Assembly: GCA_036769645.1 (NCBI GenBank)
Contig: DAIPKT010000001.1
Span: forward strand, 1 to 40,511
Direction of reading: 5' to 3'
Length of the DNA: 40,511 bases
DNA from: a bacterium
GTDB taxonomy: Bacteria > Patescibacteriota > Minisyncoccia > Minisyncoccales > DG-74-1
Shown: one piece after another, positions 25,906 to 34,800 of the stretch
How positions within the stretch are numbered: the first letter of the stretch is position 1
Layout: every line of letters begins with the position of its first letter
Notes under the pieces: model-generated
Database searches by the model: none
What the model saw: the letters and a program-made list of their open reading frames with translations, nothing else
What the model was told of the DNA's origin: nothing
Position numbers and translations under genes: made by a program

Positions 25906-27043
25906 ATTTTAAAGATTGGGCAATGTTTCCCTTGGAAATCTTCCAGGCAGGGAAAAGACCACCTAAAATTCCATTTAAAATTAAAATTGAAAAACCGGTG
26001 ATTATTAGCCTAGAACTGACAATTGGCTGAATAAAGGCCATTCCAAAAAACTGGCTTGTGATTAAAGTTATTCCCTTTGATAAAAAATAACCACCAATTA
26101 CCCCAAAAAGACCAGCTAAAAAACCTATCAAAATTGATTCGTTTAGAATTAATAAAAAAACAAAATTTTTAGAAGCGCCAATTGCTTTCATTGTGGCAAT
26201 TTCCTTTACCCTTTCACTGGTAGCCATAATCATTGTGGAAAGAACAAATAAAATTCCTATTAATAAAGAAATTGAGGCAACAGTAATATGGACCGCCCTG
26301 GCTATCCCAATATAATCCATTATCTGAGCTAAACTTTCTTCTAAGCTCAGATCTTTTAAATCAGGTGAAAGATTTTCTATTTTCTTAGCGGTTTCTTTTG
26401 TTCTATCTGGGTTTTCTAAGGTAATAGCTGCTAAACTAATCTGATTTTCTTTTTCAAAGATTTCCTGGAGAGTTTTCAAAGGTAAATAGACAATCATATC
26501 TTCAAAAAGGACTCCTCCAGTTTCCAAAATTCCAATTATTTCTAATTTCCTCCCTTTTAGATTAAATTTTTCTCCTAAATTAAGATTTTGGGTTTTGGCA
26601 ATTGTTGAAGAAAAGATGATTACTTCTTTATCTTCAGGTTCAATCATTCTTCCTTTTTCCAATTTTAAATAAGGTCTTAAATCTTTCAGAAAATTACTTT
26701 CAATTCCAATTAAAGCCAAAAATGGGATTGGTAAACCCTCAAGAAAAATGTTTTGAGTTAAAACCGAATAGACGCCTTTAACATTCTCAATCTCTCTAAT
26801 TTCTGAAATTAAATCTAAGGAAAAAGTCTGATGAGCTTCCAAGAAAGGAGTCGGATGAAGGGCAATTTCTTTTGCTACAACCTGAATTTGTTCACCCTGT
26901 GTTAAAATTACTTCATTGACTTGGATAATAAATCCTTCGCTTACTGATAAAAGAGAAACAGTAAAGGTAATGGCAATTGTTACTGCCAAAATTATTGTTA
27001 AAAGAGCTCTAACTTTCCTCCTAACTAAATTTGTAAGAGCCAA
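25898..27043 (-). CDS. FtsX/MacB-type ABC transporter permease
   Basis: N-terminal TM helix, a periplasmic domain, and three C-terminal TM helices with 'MKAIGASKNFVF' (FtsX-like). Overlaps the ATPase gene by 8 nt. Confidence 0.85.
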   Translation of the reverse strand: MALTNLVRRKVRALLTIILAVTIAITFTVSLLSVSEGFIIQVNEVILTQGEQIQVVAKEIALHPTPFLEAHQTFSLDLISEIREIENVKGVYSVLTQNIFLEGLPIPFLALIGIESNFLKDLRPYLKLEKGRMIEPEDKEVIIFSSTIAKTQNLNLGEKFNLKGRKLEIIGILETGGVLFEDMIVYLPLKTLQEIFEKENQISLAAITLENPDRTKETAKKIENLSPDLKDLSLEESLAQIMDYIGIARAVHITVASISLLIGILFVLSTMIMATSERVKEIATMKAIGASKNFVFLLILNESILIGFLAGLFGVIGGYFLSKGITLITSQFFGMAFIQPIVSSRLIITGFSILILNGILGGLFPAWKISKGNIAQSLKYE

Positions 27044-27066
27044 TTTTAAATTTTCAAAAAAATCAT

Positions 27067-30000
27067 TTAAAGAGTTTTTGGAATTTTAAATTCTTTTCTC
27101 TGCCTAAATTCTTGTTGTTTCCCAAGATTCCATTGAGAAATTGGCCTGAGATAGCCAACTATTCGAGAATAAACTTCGCAAGGCTGTCTGATTGGACATC
27201 TCGGACATTCAAAATGTTCTCCTTCTAAATAGCCATGGCTAGGACAAATACTATTGCCTGAGAAATTCGGTTTATTATTTCGTCTTACATAAATAACATG
27301 ATTAGGAACCTCTACACAATAAACATAACCAGAGTACTTCACTTTATGTTGAATCTCTTTTAAATAAGTGTACTTATGAGTTCTTTTTGTTACTATTCCT
27401 TTATTATCTAAAATTGAAGCATCAAAACCAATCTTAAGATAAATTTCCTGAAGATCGTCTCTTAAGCGTTTAGAAAAAGAAGAGCAATAATTAGTTCCTT
27501 TAATTCCATCTCCTTTAAGATACCATTCTAAGAATAATCGGAGCATTTTAGGAGGTAACATTTTTAATTCTTGGGGAATGTATTTAGTTCTAGAGTTGCC
27601 AAATTGGGTTAAATAATGCCAAAGTTGCTTATTGTGAATATGGAAGCCCTGGGATGATTCTGAAAATTTAAAGGGTAATTCTTTTAACATTTCTCTAATT
27701 TCATCTCTTGTTTTACCATGCTTTTTCTGGGTAATCACTATTTCGGGTTTATAAGCTGCATCTCCTCCTTTAGATCCTCTGACCGACCCTTCGGCTATCC
27801 AAATTCCAAAAAACTTCAACCAGTTACTCATCGGAATTTTTATTGCTGAATAATTTTCCACTATGCCTCTCTTTCTATTTTTAACCATGGAAACAAAAGA
27901 TGGCGAGCAATTAACTAATGCCGCAATCTCTGCTTGGGTTTTATTTTCATATTCGTTTAATAACTTTTTGATTTCTGTAGTTAGTATTGTTTTATTATTT
28001 ATTACACTTGGCAAAATAAAAAATTCTTGCATTTTGCCTTTCCATTTATAACCTGTCATTGGAACTTTATCTATGCTACTAATATCTTTTGCCTTTACAA
28101 AATAATATATTTTTGTGCTTTTTATAAATTTCCCTGTTTTAGGATCTCTCATTATGACTTTTTTGCCCGAGACAAACATTCTATGGTCAGGTGTTACCAT
28201 ACAATCAAATGCTTTACTTTTAAAATGAATCATTATCCCTTGATAAGGAAATTTAAATCTGCGCAACGGTTCTTGATAACTTAATTCTTTTGTCTCTGGA
28301 TTTGCCGTTAATACCTTCTCTCCTTCTTTAAGTTCACTAAACCTTTTCCATCCGTTTTCGGTTAAAATTTCTGTCTTCTCGTCGTAACAAAAAGTCGGAG
28401 TAAGGGTGATATAAGGCAATTTGAAATTCTCAAAAATTTTTTTAATTAAATTTTTCACTGTTTGAATATCAGAAATTCTTTCCCCTAAGAAGAGATGCAA
28501 AACAGTATTGTGGATAAATACCAAACAATTTTTTCCTGCCAAATAATTGTGATTCTTTTTGGTCATCAAATCATAAAATTGATTATCTTTGACATCAATC
28601 TTTGAGACATTTTTTACTCTTACTACTGGGAGATGTCGTTTTTTTCGATTGGATATTTTTTCTTTAATTAATTTAGGATTAACTGTAACTTCAAGCTTAT
28701 CTTTTATCATGGTTAATTGATAGGCAGGAATTCTTAATCTCCAAATGTTAACTTCATTTTTTCTTTTTGTTTTCTTTAAAGACTTACTAATCATTATTCC
28801 TGCTTTGACACATATTTCTAAAATATCTTCTGCTAATTTAGGAGAGACACTCTGGTATTCAAAGTCGCCATCTCTTTTAGAGATAGTTCCATCACTATCC
28901 ATCAAACCTGATAGGAAGGCAAATATATTATTTTTATTTAAATTTTCTTTTACTTTTTGAGGAATGCAAACATCGTAAACTTTCTCCCCGGGTTTGAAAC
29001 CATATTTGAAAAAGAATTCCGAAACTTCTCTTTTAGAAGTAGTTAATTCTCTTTCAGGCTCACTTCTTTTATCATTTTTAATCACTTTGGCTTTTACTCC
29101 GAAGTATTTTGATACGATCTCCTTTGCTTTTTCTAAGGCTTCTAGATGTTCGCCACTAAAGCGAACTTTATATTTCTTCAAATTGTTTCCGCCTCTATTA
29201 TCAATGAATTCTGAAATACAACCATCTCCAATAAAAAATCCAATAAGCCACATTAAATCACTATTCAATTCTGGTGATATCTCTGGATATAAATTATGAA
29301 AATTCTGTAAAATATAATCACCCACTTTAAGTTCGTCGGCTCTTTTCTCTATAACTCTATATTTCGGAAGAAGCTTATATCTTTTTCGACATTCAGGGTG
29401 ATATCTTAGGTGAGCAGGAAAAGCTTTTATAGCCCCTAATTTCTCTTCACAGACTGGACAGGTAGGATTTGGTTTAATTTTTTCTAAGACGAAAAATGGA
29501 TGCCAATCAGAAGTTGTTATATCTAAATTTCTTTCTCCTTTTATTCGAATTTTATTATATTTTTTTACATCAATAGAAACTGCCTTTATAATCTCATCCC
29601 ATTCGCTAATTCCTTTTTCTTTGTTATAGCTTAGAGCTTTAATCGGTTTCAATTTCTCAAAATTCTCTACAATAAATTCTATTGGGAATAAACCTTTATC
29701 AGTTAGAACTTTATTACCTCTCTCGATACATCCCCCTGTGTATTTTGTTTGCAATTCATCCTGGAGTTTTAAGGCCTCAAAAATATCATCGGTATAGTTT
29801 ACTGGAAGTTGGGAGCTATTAGTATAAAAGGGAACTTTTTTTGTTCCGGCTGTGATAATATTTGGATATTTTTCTTTATCTTTTAGGCAAAGCCTATAAG
29901 CACAGCTCTCAGCCGGTGTCGCCTCTAAATTATAGAGGTTTCCAGTTTCTTTCTGATATTTTACCAATCTTTCTCGCATAAAATCTAAAACCTCTAAAGC

Positions 30001-33000
30001 AAATCTCCTTCCTCTTTTTGAAGCAATATTTTCTCCAATAAAGTTCAAAAGGGCTTCATTCATTCCAACCAAGCCAATGGTTGAGAAATGATTTCCATAA
30101 TAACTGCCTCTCATTTTTTTTACTCCTTCTAAATAAACTTTGGAATAAGGATATAAACCTTTTTCAATCAGATTTTCCAAGACTTTTCTTTTGATTTCCA
30201 AAACCTCCTTTGCCAAATCCATCACCTTTCCTAATCTCTCAAAAAATTCTTTTTTGGTTTTTGAAAGATAACCAATTCGAGGTAGATTGACGGTGATAAC
30301 GCTGATTGAACCAGTGTTAGCCCCCGAACCGAACAATCCTCCCCCACCCCGATTGTAGAGTTCACGCAGATCGAGCTTAAGCCGGCAGCAATTAAAAGTG
30401 ATTTGGCCTAAAGAGTGGACAAAAAGATGGTTTTTTTCTAATTCTAGATCGTAAAATTCCCTTATCTGATTATAATTTCGAATTCTTGTCTCTTTCGCTC
30501 TCACTAAATAAATATCACTATTTTTAATTTTTAAACTTTCATTAGTATGAGCATTATATTTCTCTAAAGTATTGAATCCCACCATTCTTGATTTTCTAAG
30601 ACCAGGAACTTTAGTAGTGGAAACTGCCATCCAGCCTGGGATCCTTTCGGCCAAAATTGGGTTATTCATCCATCTGCTATTCCTTTTTAGTTTTGATTTC
30701 GAATGTTGTAAATAAATTACTTGACTTCTCTTTTTCAATCGGTAAGTTACTGGTTGACCAATCAAAGAGAGGAGTAAAACTAAATCTCGAGATAATTCTA
30801 AATCATTGAGGTGAATTTCTCTTCTTTTCTCATATCCATCTCCTTTGAAATAGAGAGCAAGAAAATTTTTAATAACATTTGCTGGACTATCGAATAAAAT
30901 TTGAGGTAACCTTCCACATTTTTTAAATCCGGCATTATATAATTTTCTAGCTAAGTTTGAATTATAAACATAAAGGTAGTAAGTATTATATCGAGGGTCT
31001 TGCTTTTCTTTACTCTTCAAGCCAAAAGTTTTTTTAATTAATGATTTAATTGTATTTAAGTTTTCAAAATCTCCAGTTTTAAAAGAAAATTGTATTCCTC
31101 TTGGCTCACCATAATGAGTGTAACCTTTTCTATTTTCAAAAAGATAATTTCCATCGGCTACAAAATAACCCAAAATTTTTGCTAAATTTTCTTCTAAGAT
31201 AAGATCTTCAATTTTCTGATATTCTTTGGATAAAATATTATCATTTACTCTTTTGAGTACTAAAAGATAATCTCCTTTTTGAATATCTTTGGCAAATTTC
31301 ATTTTGATTCCCTCTGGAGTATAAACTGGTACCGGATGTTTTAAAGAGAATATTGCTTCTTTCCCATCCTCAGTAGTAATTTCTACTCCTTTGCTATCTA
31401 GGATCTTTAAAAATCTTTTTACCGGCGACCATTCTAGTTTTAAAGTCTCTGGATTCAATGATAAAACTTCTAACTTTCCTGTTTTTCTACAGTCTGCCCA
31501 ACCTTCTTTATCAAATTCTTTTACTTTATAATTTTCAGCTATTTCTTTAATTGGGGCTCTTTTTATCCTCTTTGAATTTCTGATTAAAATCTCTTCATTT
31601 CCGTCGAGACACATTGCCCTCGCTTCCTCCGGTTTCATATCTGAGTTAATGTAATTGGCGAAATAATTTATGCCATATTTTGCTGAGGTTTCAAAGATTC
31701 CATCAAAAGCTGGCTCATCCCAGGGAAAATCTCTGGTAATATTTATAGTTGGGATGGGAAAGGAAAAACTTCTCCCAAATTTATCACCCTCTAACATCGC
31801 CTCATAAAAAGCTCTATTAAAGATTTTCATTTCTTCTTCAAATTCTCCATAGGTTTCTTTTTGGGGCTTTCCACCAATAATTATTGGAAGTTTGGCAAAT
31901 ACCGGCGAAGGTCTAAGATCCAGGGTCAAATTCGAAAAAGGACAATTTCCAGTTATAAAAACTTTTCCTTTTCTCCGGGCAATTATTGTTCCGTTCTCGG
32001 TCTGAGGACACCAAATTATCCCTTCGTAATTTATCCTCTTTATTTTTGTAATATAGGTTTCTGGATGACGAATTATTCTTAGAATATAAATATCCTTTTT
32101 ACCCACAGTTCCTGGAATTGGCTTTTGTCTGCGAACAGTAAAACCATAACCAGCATTAACAATAATCCTCTCTAAGTCATCAAGTAGTCCTAAATCTGAA
32201 GTGGCAATTTTACAATTTTCTTTACCATCTCCTCTTAAATAAGTCTCTAAAAACAACTTTGATTGTCTTGCGCTTAAATTTAGTAAATATTCAGGGATAA
32301 AGTGAACATTTTCTCTTGTCCTAAACCACTGGTGAATTTTCCTAGAGCTTTCTGCATTTAACCTTATCTGTTGGACTTCATCTCCTAAAGATGTTGCTGG
32401 GTGATTAGTGTACTCTAATTTATAACCTTTCAATAAATTAATTATTTCGTCATAATATTTCCTATTTTTAATTTTCGATTGATAAATACTTACTCGGTGG
32501 CAACATCTATACTTCCCTGGTCTCTCCACACTTCCCTCACTTATTATCCAAGCCATTAATTTTATTTGCTCGTCACTGATTTTCGCATCGGGATTTTGAT
32601 TTTTGCCAGCAATAGGAACAATAATTGGAGATTTCAATTTCAGAACATCTTCTATTGGTTCTAAAACATATCTTTGAGTATTAAATTTTTTCCTTAAAAC
32701 TCGGTGTTGAGGAGAAACCAGTTGATCTTGAATTCTATTCATTAATCGATACATTTTCCCTTTATATTTTCTCCTAAAAATAAATTTTACTTTCTTATTT
32801 TCTATTTCTTTAGTTTGGAGATTTAAAGTTTTAATCTCGTCGCCTTCTTTTATTTCATCGTGCTTTTTCCATCCTTCGGGAGTTAATATTTCAGTATCTT
32901 CTGATATACACTGAAACCCTACCCTAGTCGGCGTAGCCATGTTAAACAAAAATTCCTGAAGAGCCTGTTTTACTTGAGGATAGCTTAATCTATCATAACG

Positions 33001-33735
33001 AATAAAGGGAGCTAAAAGAGTATCAAAGTTTGAAAAACTGACTGCGCCTGCTACTTCACCAGCAAGGGTGAAGATAAAATTTACTGCCTGACCCAAAGCT
33101 GATTCAAGATGCTTTGGCGGTTTTGAAGATAATTTTCCGGCCACTCCACCAAAACCTCTCAATAAGAGATCATAGAGATCCCAGCCAGAACAATAGACAC
33201 CCAAAGTATCCAGTTTATCTAAATGCAAATCTCCAGATTGATGAGCTTCTCTAATTTCTTTAGGATAGATTTTGTTTAACCAGTATTTCCTAACCACATG
33301 GGAGGTGACATAATGATTTAATCCTTGTAAAGAAAAAGCCATATTGGCATTTTCTTTAACCTCCCAATCTAATTGCTCTAAATATTGATCTACTCTTTCT
33401 ACTGCCTCTTCGGTCGCCCGGACTGCCTCCCTGATTCTCCTTCTTTGTTCTCTATATAAAATATAGGCCTTGGCAGTTTCAACCAGGCCTTCCAAAATTA
33501 AAACTTCCTCAATAATGTCTTGAATCTGCTCAACATGGGGAATTTTTTCTTTTTTAAAGCGAAGATTTAAAATTTGAACTACTCTCTTAGAAAGTTTTTT
33601 TGCTCGATTGCCATCTCCCTGACCGGTAGCAGTTAAGGCTTTAAAAATGGCCTCAGAAATTCGGGTCGGGTCAAATTCAACAATTTGACCGTCTCGCTTT
33701 TTTACTTTGGTGATTTCATTTTGAACCATTATCAT
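27067..33735 (-). CDS. nrdD: Class III anaerobic ribonucleoside-triphosphate reductase carrying four inteins
   Basis: ATP-cone 'KVKKRDGQIVEFDPTRISEAI'. Finger-loop 'CCRLKLD'. 'YTGG|TVLH'. Zn site 'CPSHGY..CPRC'. Glycyl-radical motif 'SRIVGYLRP'. The exteins sum to ~706 aa by my count. Confidence 0.95.
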   Translation of the reverse strand: MIMVQNEITKVKKRDGQIVEFDPTRISEAIFKALTATGQGDGNRAKKLSKRVVQILNLRFKKEKIPHVEQIQDIIEEVLILEGLVETAKAYILYREQRRRIREAVRATEEAVERVDQYLEQLDWEVKENANMAFSLQGLNHYVTSHVVRKYWLNKIYPKEIREAHQSGDLHLDKLDTLGVYCSGWDLYDLLLRGFGGVAGKLSSKPPKHLESALGQAVNFIFTLAGEVAGAVSFSNFDTLLAPFIRYDRLSYPQVKQALQEFLFNMATPTRVGFQCISEDTEILTPEGWKKHDEIKEGDEIKTLNLQTKEIENKKVKFIFRRKYKGKMYRLMNRIQDQLVSPQHRVLRKKFNTQRYVLEPIEDVLKLKSPIIVPIAGKNQNPDAKISDEQIKLMAWIISEGSVERPGKYRCCHRVSIYQSKIKNRKYYDEIINLLKGYKLEYTNHPATSLGDEVQQIRLNAESSRKIHQWFRTRENVHFIPEYLLNLSARQSKLFLETYLRGDGKENCKIATSDLGLLDDLERIIVNAGYGFTVRRQKPIPGTVGKKDIYILRIIRHPETYITKIKRINYEGIIWCPQTENGTIIARRKGKVFITGNCPFSNLTLDLRPSPVFAKLPIIIGGKPQKETYGEFEEEMKIFNRAFYEAMLEGDKFGRSFSFPIPTINITRDFPWDEPAFDGIFETSAKYGINYFANYINSDMKPEEARAMCLDGNEEILIRNSKRIKRAPIKEIAENYKVKEFDKEGWADCRKTGKLEVLSLNPETLKLEWSPVKRFLKILDSKGVEITTEDGKEAIFSLKHPVPVYTPEGIKMKFAKDIQKGDYLLVLKRVNDNILSKEYQKIEDLILEENLAKILGYFVADGNYLFENRKGYTHYGEPRGIQFSFKTGDFENLNTIKSLIKKTFGLKSKEKQDPRYNTYYLYVYNSNLARKLYNAGFKKCGRLPQILFDSPANVIKNFLALYFKGDGYEKRREIHLNDLELSRDLVLLLSLIGQPVTYRLKKRSQVIYLQHSKSKLKRNSRWMNNPILAERIPGWMAVSTTKVPGLRKSRMVGFNTLEKYNAHTNESLKIKNSDIYLVRAKETRIRNYNQIREFYDLELEKNHLFVHSLGQITFNCCRLKLDLRELYNRGGGGLFGSGANTGSISVITVNLPRIGYLSKTKKEFFERLGKVMDLAKEVLEIKRKVLENLIEKGLYPYSKVYLEGVKKMRGSYYGNHFSTIGLVGMNEALLNFIGENIASKRGRRFALEVLDFMRERLVKYQKETGNLYNLEATPAESCAYRLCLKDKEKYPNIITAGTKKVPFYTNSSQLPVNYTDDIFEALKLQDELQTKYTGGCIERGNKVLTDKGLFPIEFIVENFEKLKPIKALSYNKEKGISEWDEIIKAVSIDVKKYNKIRIKGERNLDITTSDWHPFFVLEKIKPNPTCPVCEEKLGAIKAFPAHLRYHPECRKRYKLLPKYRVIEKRADELKVGDYILQNFHNLYPEISPELNSDLMWLIGFFIGDGCISEFIDNRGGNNLKKYKVRFSGEHLEALEKAKEIVSKYFGVKAKVIKNDKRSEPERELTTSKREVSEFFFKYGFKPGEKVYDVCIPQKVKENLNKNNIFAFLSGLMDSDGTISKRDGDFEYQSVSPKLAEDILEICVKAGIMISKSLKKTKRKNEVNIWRLRIPAYQLTMIKDKLEVTVNPKLIKEKISNRKKRHLPVVRVKNVSKIDVKDNQFYDLMTKKNHNYLAGKNCLVFIHNTVLHLFLGERISDIQTVKNLIKKIFENFKLPYITLTPTFCYDEKTEILTENGWKRFSELKEGEKVLTANPETKELSYQEPLRRFKFPYQGIMIHFKSKAFDCMVTPDHRMFVSGKKVIMRDPKTGKFIKSTKIYYFVKAKDISSIDKVPMTGYKWKGKMQEFFILPSVINNKTILTTEIKKLLNEYENKTQAEIAALVNCSPSFVSMVKNRKRGIVENYSAIKIPMSNWLKFFGIWIAEGSVRGSKGGDAAYKPEIVITQKKHGKTRDEIREMLKELPFKFSESSQGFHIHNKQLWHYLTQFGNSRTKYIPQELKMLPPKMLRLFLEWYLKGDGIKGTNYCSSFSKRLRDDLQEIYLKIGFDASILDNKGIVTKRTHKYTYLKEIQHKVKYSGYVYCVEVPNHVIYVRRNNKPNFSGNSICPSHGYLEGEHFECPRCPIRQPCEVYSRIVGYLRPISQWNLGKQQEFRQRKEFKIPKTL
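27253..28389 (-). mobile_element. NrdD intein 4 (379 aa, LAGLIDADG, with HTH-like insert)
   Basis: aa 1783-2161. N-terminus 'CYDEKTEILTENGW', block B 'TPDH', LAGLIDADG motifs 'FGIWIAEGS' and 'LEWYLKGDG'. Ends 'NFSGN' followed by +1 Ser. The flanks rejoin as LTPTF-SICPSHGY. Confidence 0.88.
28507..29730 (-). mobile_element. NrdD intein 3 (408 aa, LAGLIDADG, with embedded C2H2 zinc-finger motif)
   Basis: aa 1336-1743. N-terminus 'CIERGNKVLT', block B 'TSDWH', LAGLIDADG motifs 'LIGFFIGDGC' and 'LSGLMDSDG', block F 'FYDLMTKKNHNY'. Canonical end 'VFIHN' followed by +1 Thr. The flanks rejoin as YTGG-TVLHLF. Confidence 0.9.
30391..31611 (-). mobile_element. NrdD intein 2 (407 aa, LAGLIDADG), inserted at the catalytic Cys finger loop
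   Basis: aa 709-1115. N-terminus 'CLDGNEEILI', LAGLIDADG motifs 'ILGYFVADGN' and 'LALYFKGDG', block F 'FYDLELEKNHLF'. Ends 'QITFN' followed by +1 Cys. The flanks rejoin as ARAM-CCRLKLD. Confidence 0.88.
31945..32910 (-). mobile_element. NrdD intein 1 (322 aa, LAGLIDADG)
   Basis: aa 276-597. N-terminus 'CISEDTEILTPEGW', block B 'SPQH', LAGLIDADG motifs 'LMAWIISEGS' and 'LETYLRGDG'. Ends 'VFITGN' followed by +1 Cys. The flanks rejoin as RVGFQ-CPFSNLT. Confidence 0.88.
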
Positions 33736-33867
33736 ATTTTACTTTAACAAAAAAACTAGGTCAAACTTATTCAGGTCCTCTTAAAAGCTGAATTTATCCA
33801 CCTGACTTTTAAAAAATAAATCAGGCATTATCTCTCCTTGGCCGATGGGTGAGGTAGCATCCCCAAT

Positions 33868-34800
33868 CTAAAATCCAGTGACAATGACGGTTACTTTTAT
33901 CTCACCTTTTCTCAATTTTTCATCCGGACCCCTTTGGGAGGCTCCAAAAATCACCTTAGCTTGGGGGTTAATTTCCTGAGTCAAAATTCTTCCAATTTCC
34001 TCAATCTCAGAAAGGGAGAGGTCCTGGCCACCGGAAACATTAAATAATATTCCCTTTGCTCCTTTGGGAGAAATATCTAATAAGGGTGAAGTAATAGCCG
34101 CTTTGGCTGCCATTTCAGCTCTTTTTTCCCCGGCTGCCCGGGCCATTCCAAAAAGGGCAGTTCCTGAATCTTTTAAGATTGTTTTAACACTAGCCAAATC
34201 AACATTGATGATACCAGGAAGGATTATTAAGTCAGAGATTCCCTTCACCCCTTCTCTCAAAATATCGTCGCAAAGCCAGAAGGCAGTAATAAGGGAAGTT
34301 TTTGGGTCTAAATTTTTTAATAATTTATCGTTTTCAATGGTAATTAAGGCATCAACCTTCTCTTTGAGTTTTTCTTTTCCAGCTAGAGCAATTTTTCGCC
34401 GATAATTTCCTTCAAAAGAAAAGGGTAAGGTGCAAATAGCAAGAGTTAAAATTCCTAAATTTTTAGCAATTTCAGCCACCACTGGAGCAGCTCCCGTAAA
34501 AGTTCCTCCACCAAGACCTCCAGTTAAAAAAACCAGATCTGACCCTTTTAAAATTTCTTCAATCTCTTTTCTTTGTTCTTCAGCTGAGGCCTTTCCAATT
34601 TCTGGATTCATTCCAGTGCCCAAACCCTGAGTGGTCTTTTTTCCGATCCTCAATTTCAAATCAGCCTTAATTTTCTTTAAATCTTGGTAATCAGTATTGA
34701 TGGCAATTAATTCCACCCCCTCAATTTTAGATTTTTTCATTCTGGAAACAGCATTGCCACCTGATCCTCCAATTCCCACCACTTTTATTTTAGGATTCAT
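33868..34800 (-). CDS. ftsZ: Cell division protein FtsZ (core only; ends in TAG immediately after the globular domain)
   Basis: 'GIGGSGGNAV', the tubulin signature 'GGLGGGTFTGAAPVVA', and 'VTVIVTGF' at the C-terminus. Confidence 0.9.
   Translation of the reverse strand: MNPKIKVVGIGGSGGNAVSRMKKSKIEGVELIAINTDYQDLKKIKADLKLRIGKKTTQGLGTGMNPEIGKASAEEQRKEIEEILKGSDLVFLTGGLGGGTFTGAAPVVAEIAKNLGILTLAICTLPFSFEGNYRRKIALAGKEKLKEKVDALITIENDKLLKNLDPKTSLITAFWLCDDILREGVKGISDLIILPGIINVDLASVKTILKDSGTALFGMARAAGEKRAEMAAKAAITSPLLDISPKGAKGILFNVSGGQDLSLSEIEEIGRILTQEINPQAKVIFGASQRGPDEKLRKGEIKVTVIVTGF

Noticed and set aside
27067-33735. A 2222-aa ORF that could be read as a novel giant multidomain protein or toxin
   Set aside because: It resolves completely into NrdD exteins plus four inteins with standard splicing blocks. 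No unexplained domains remain.
33794-33802. DnaA-box-like TTATCCACC upstream of nrdD (possible oriC)
   Set aside because: It is a single imperfect box in a 130-nt spacer, with no cluster, no AT-rich unwinding element, and no dnaA or dnaN nearby.
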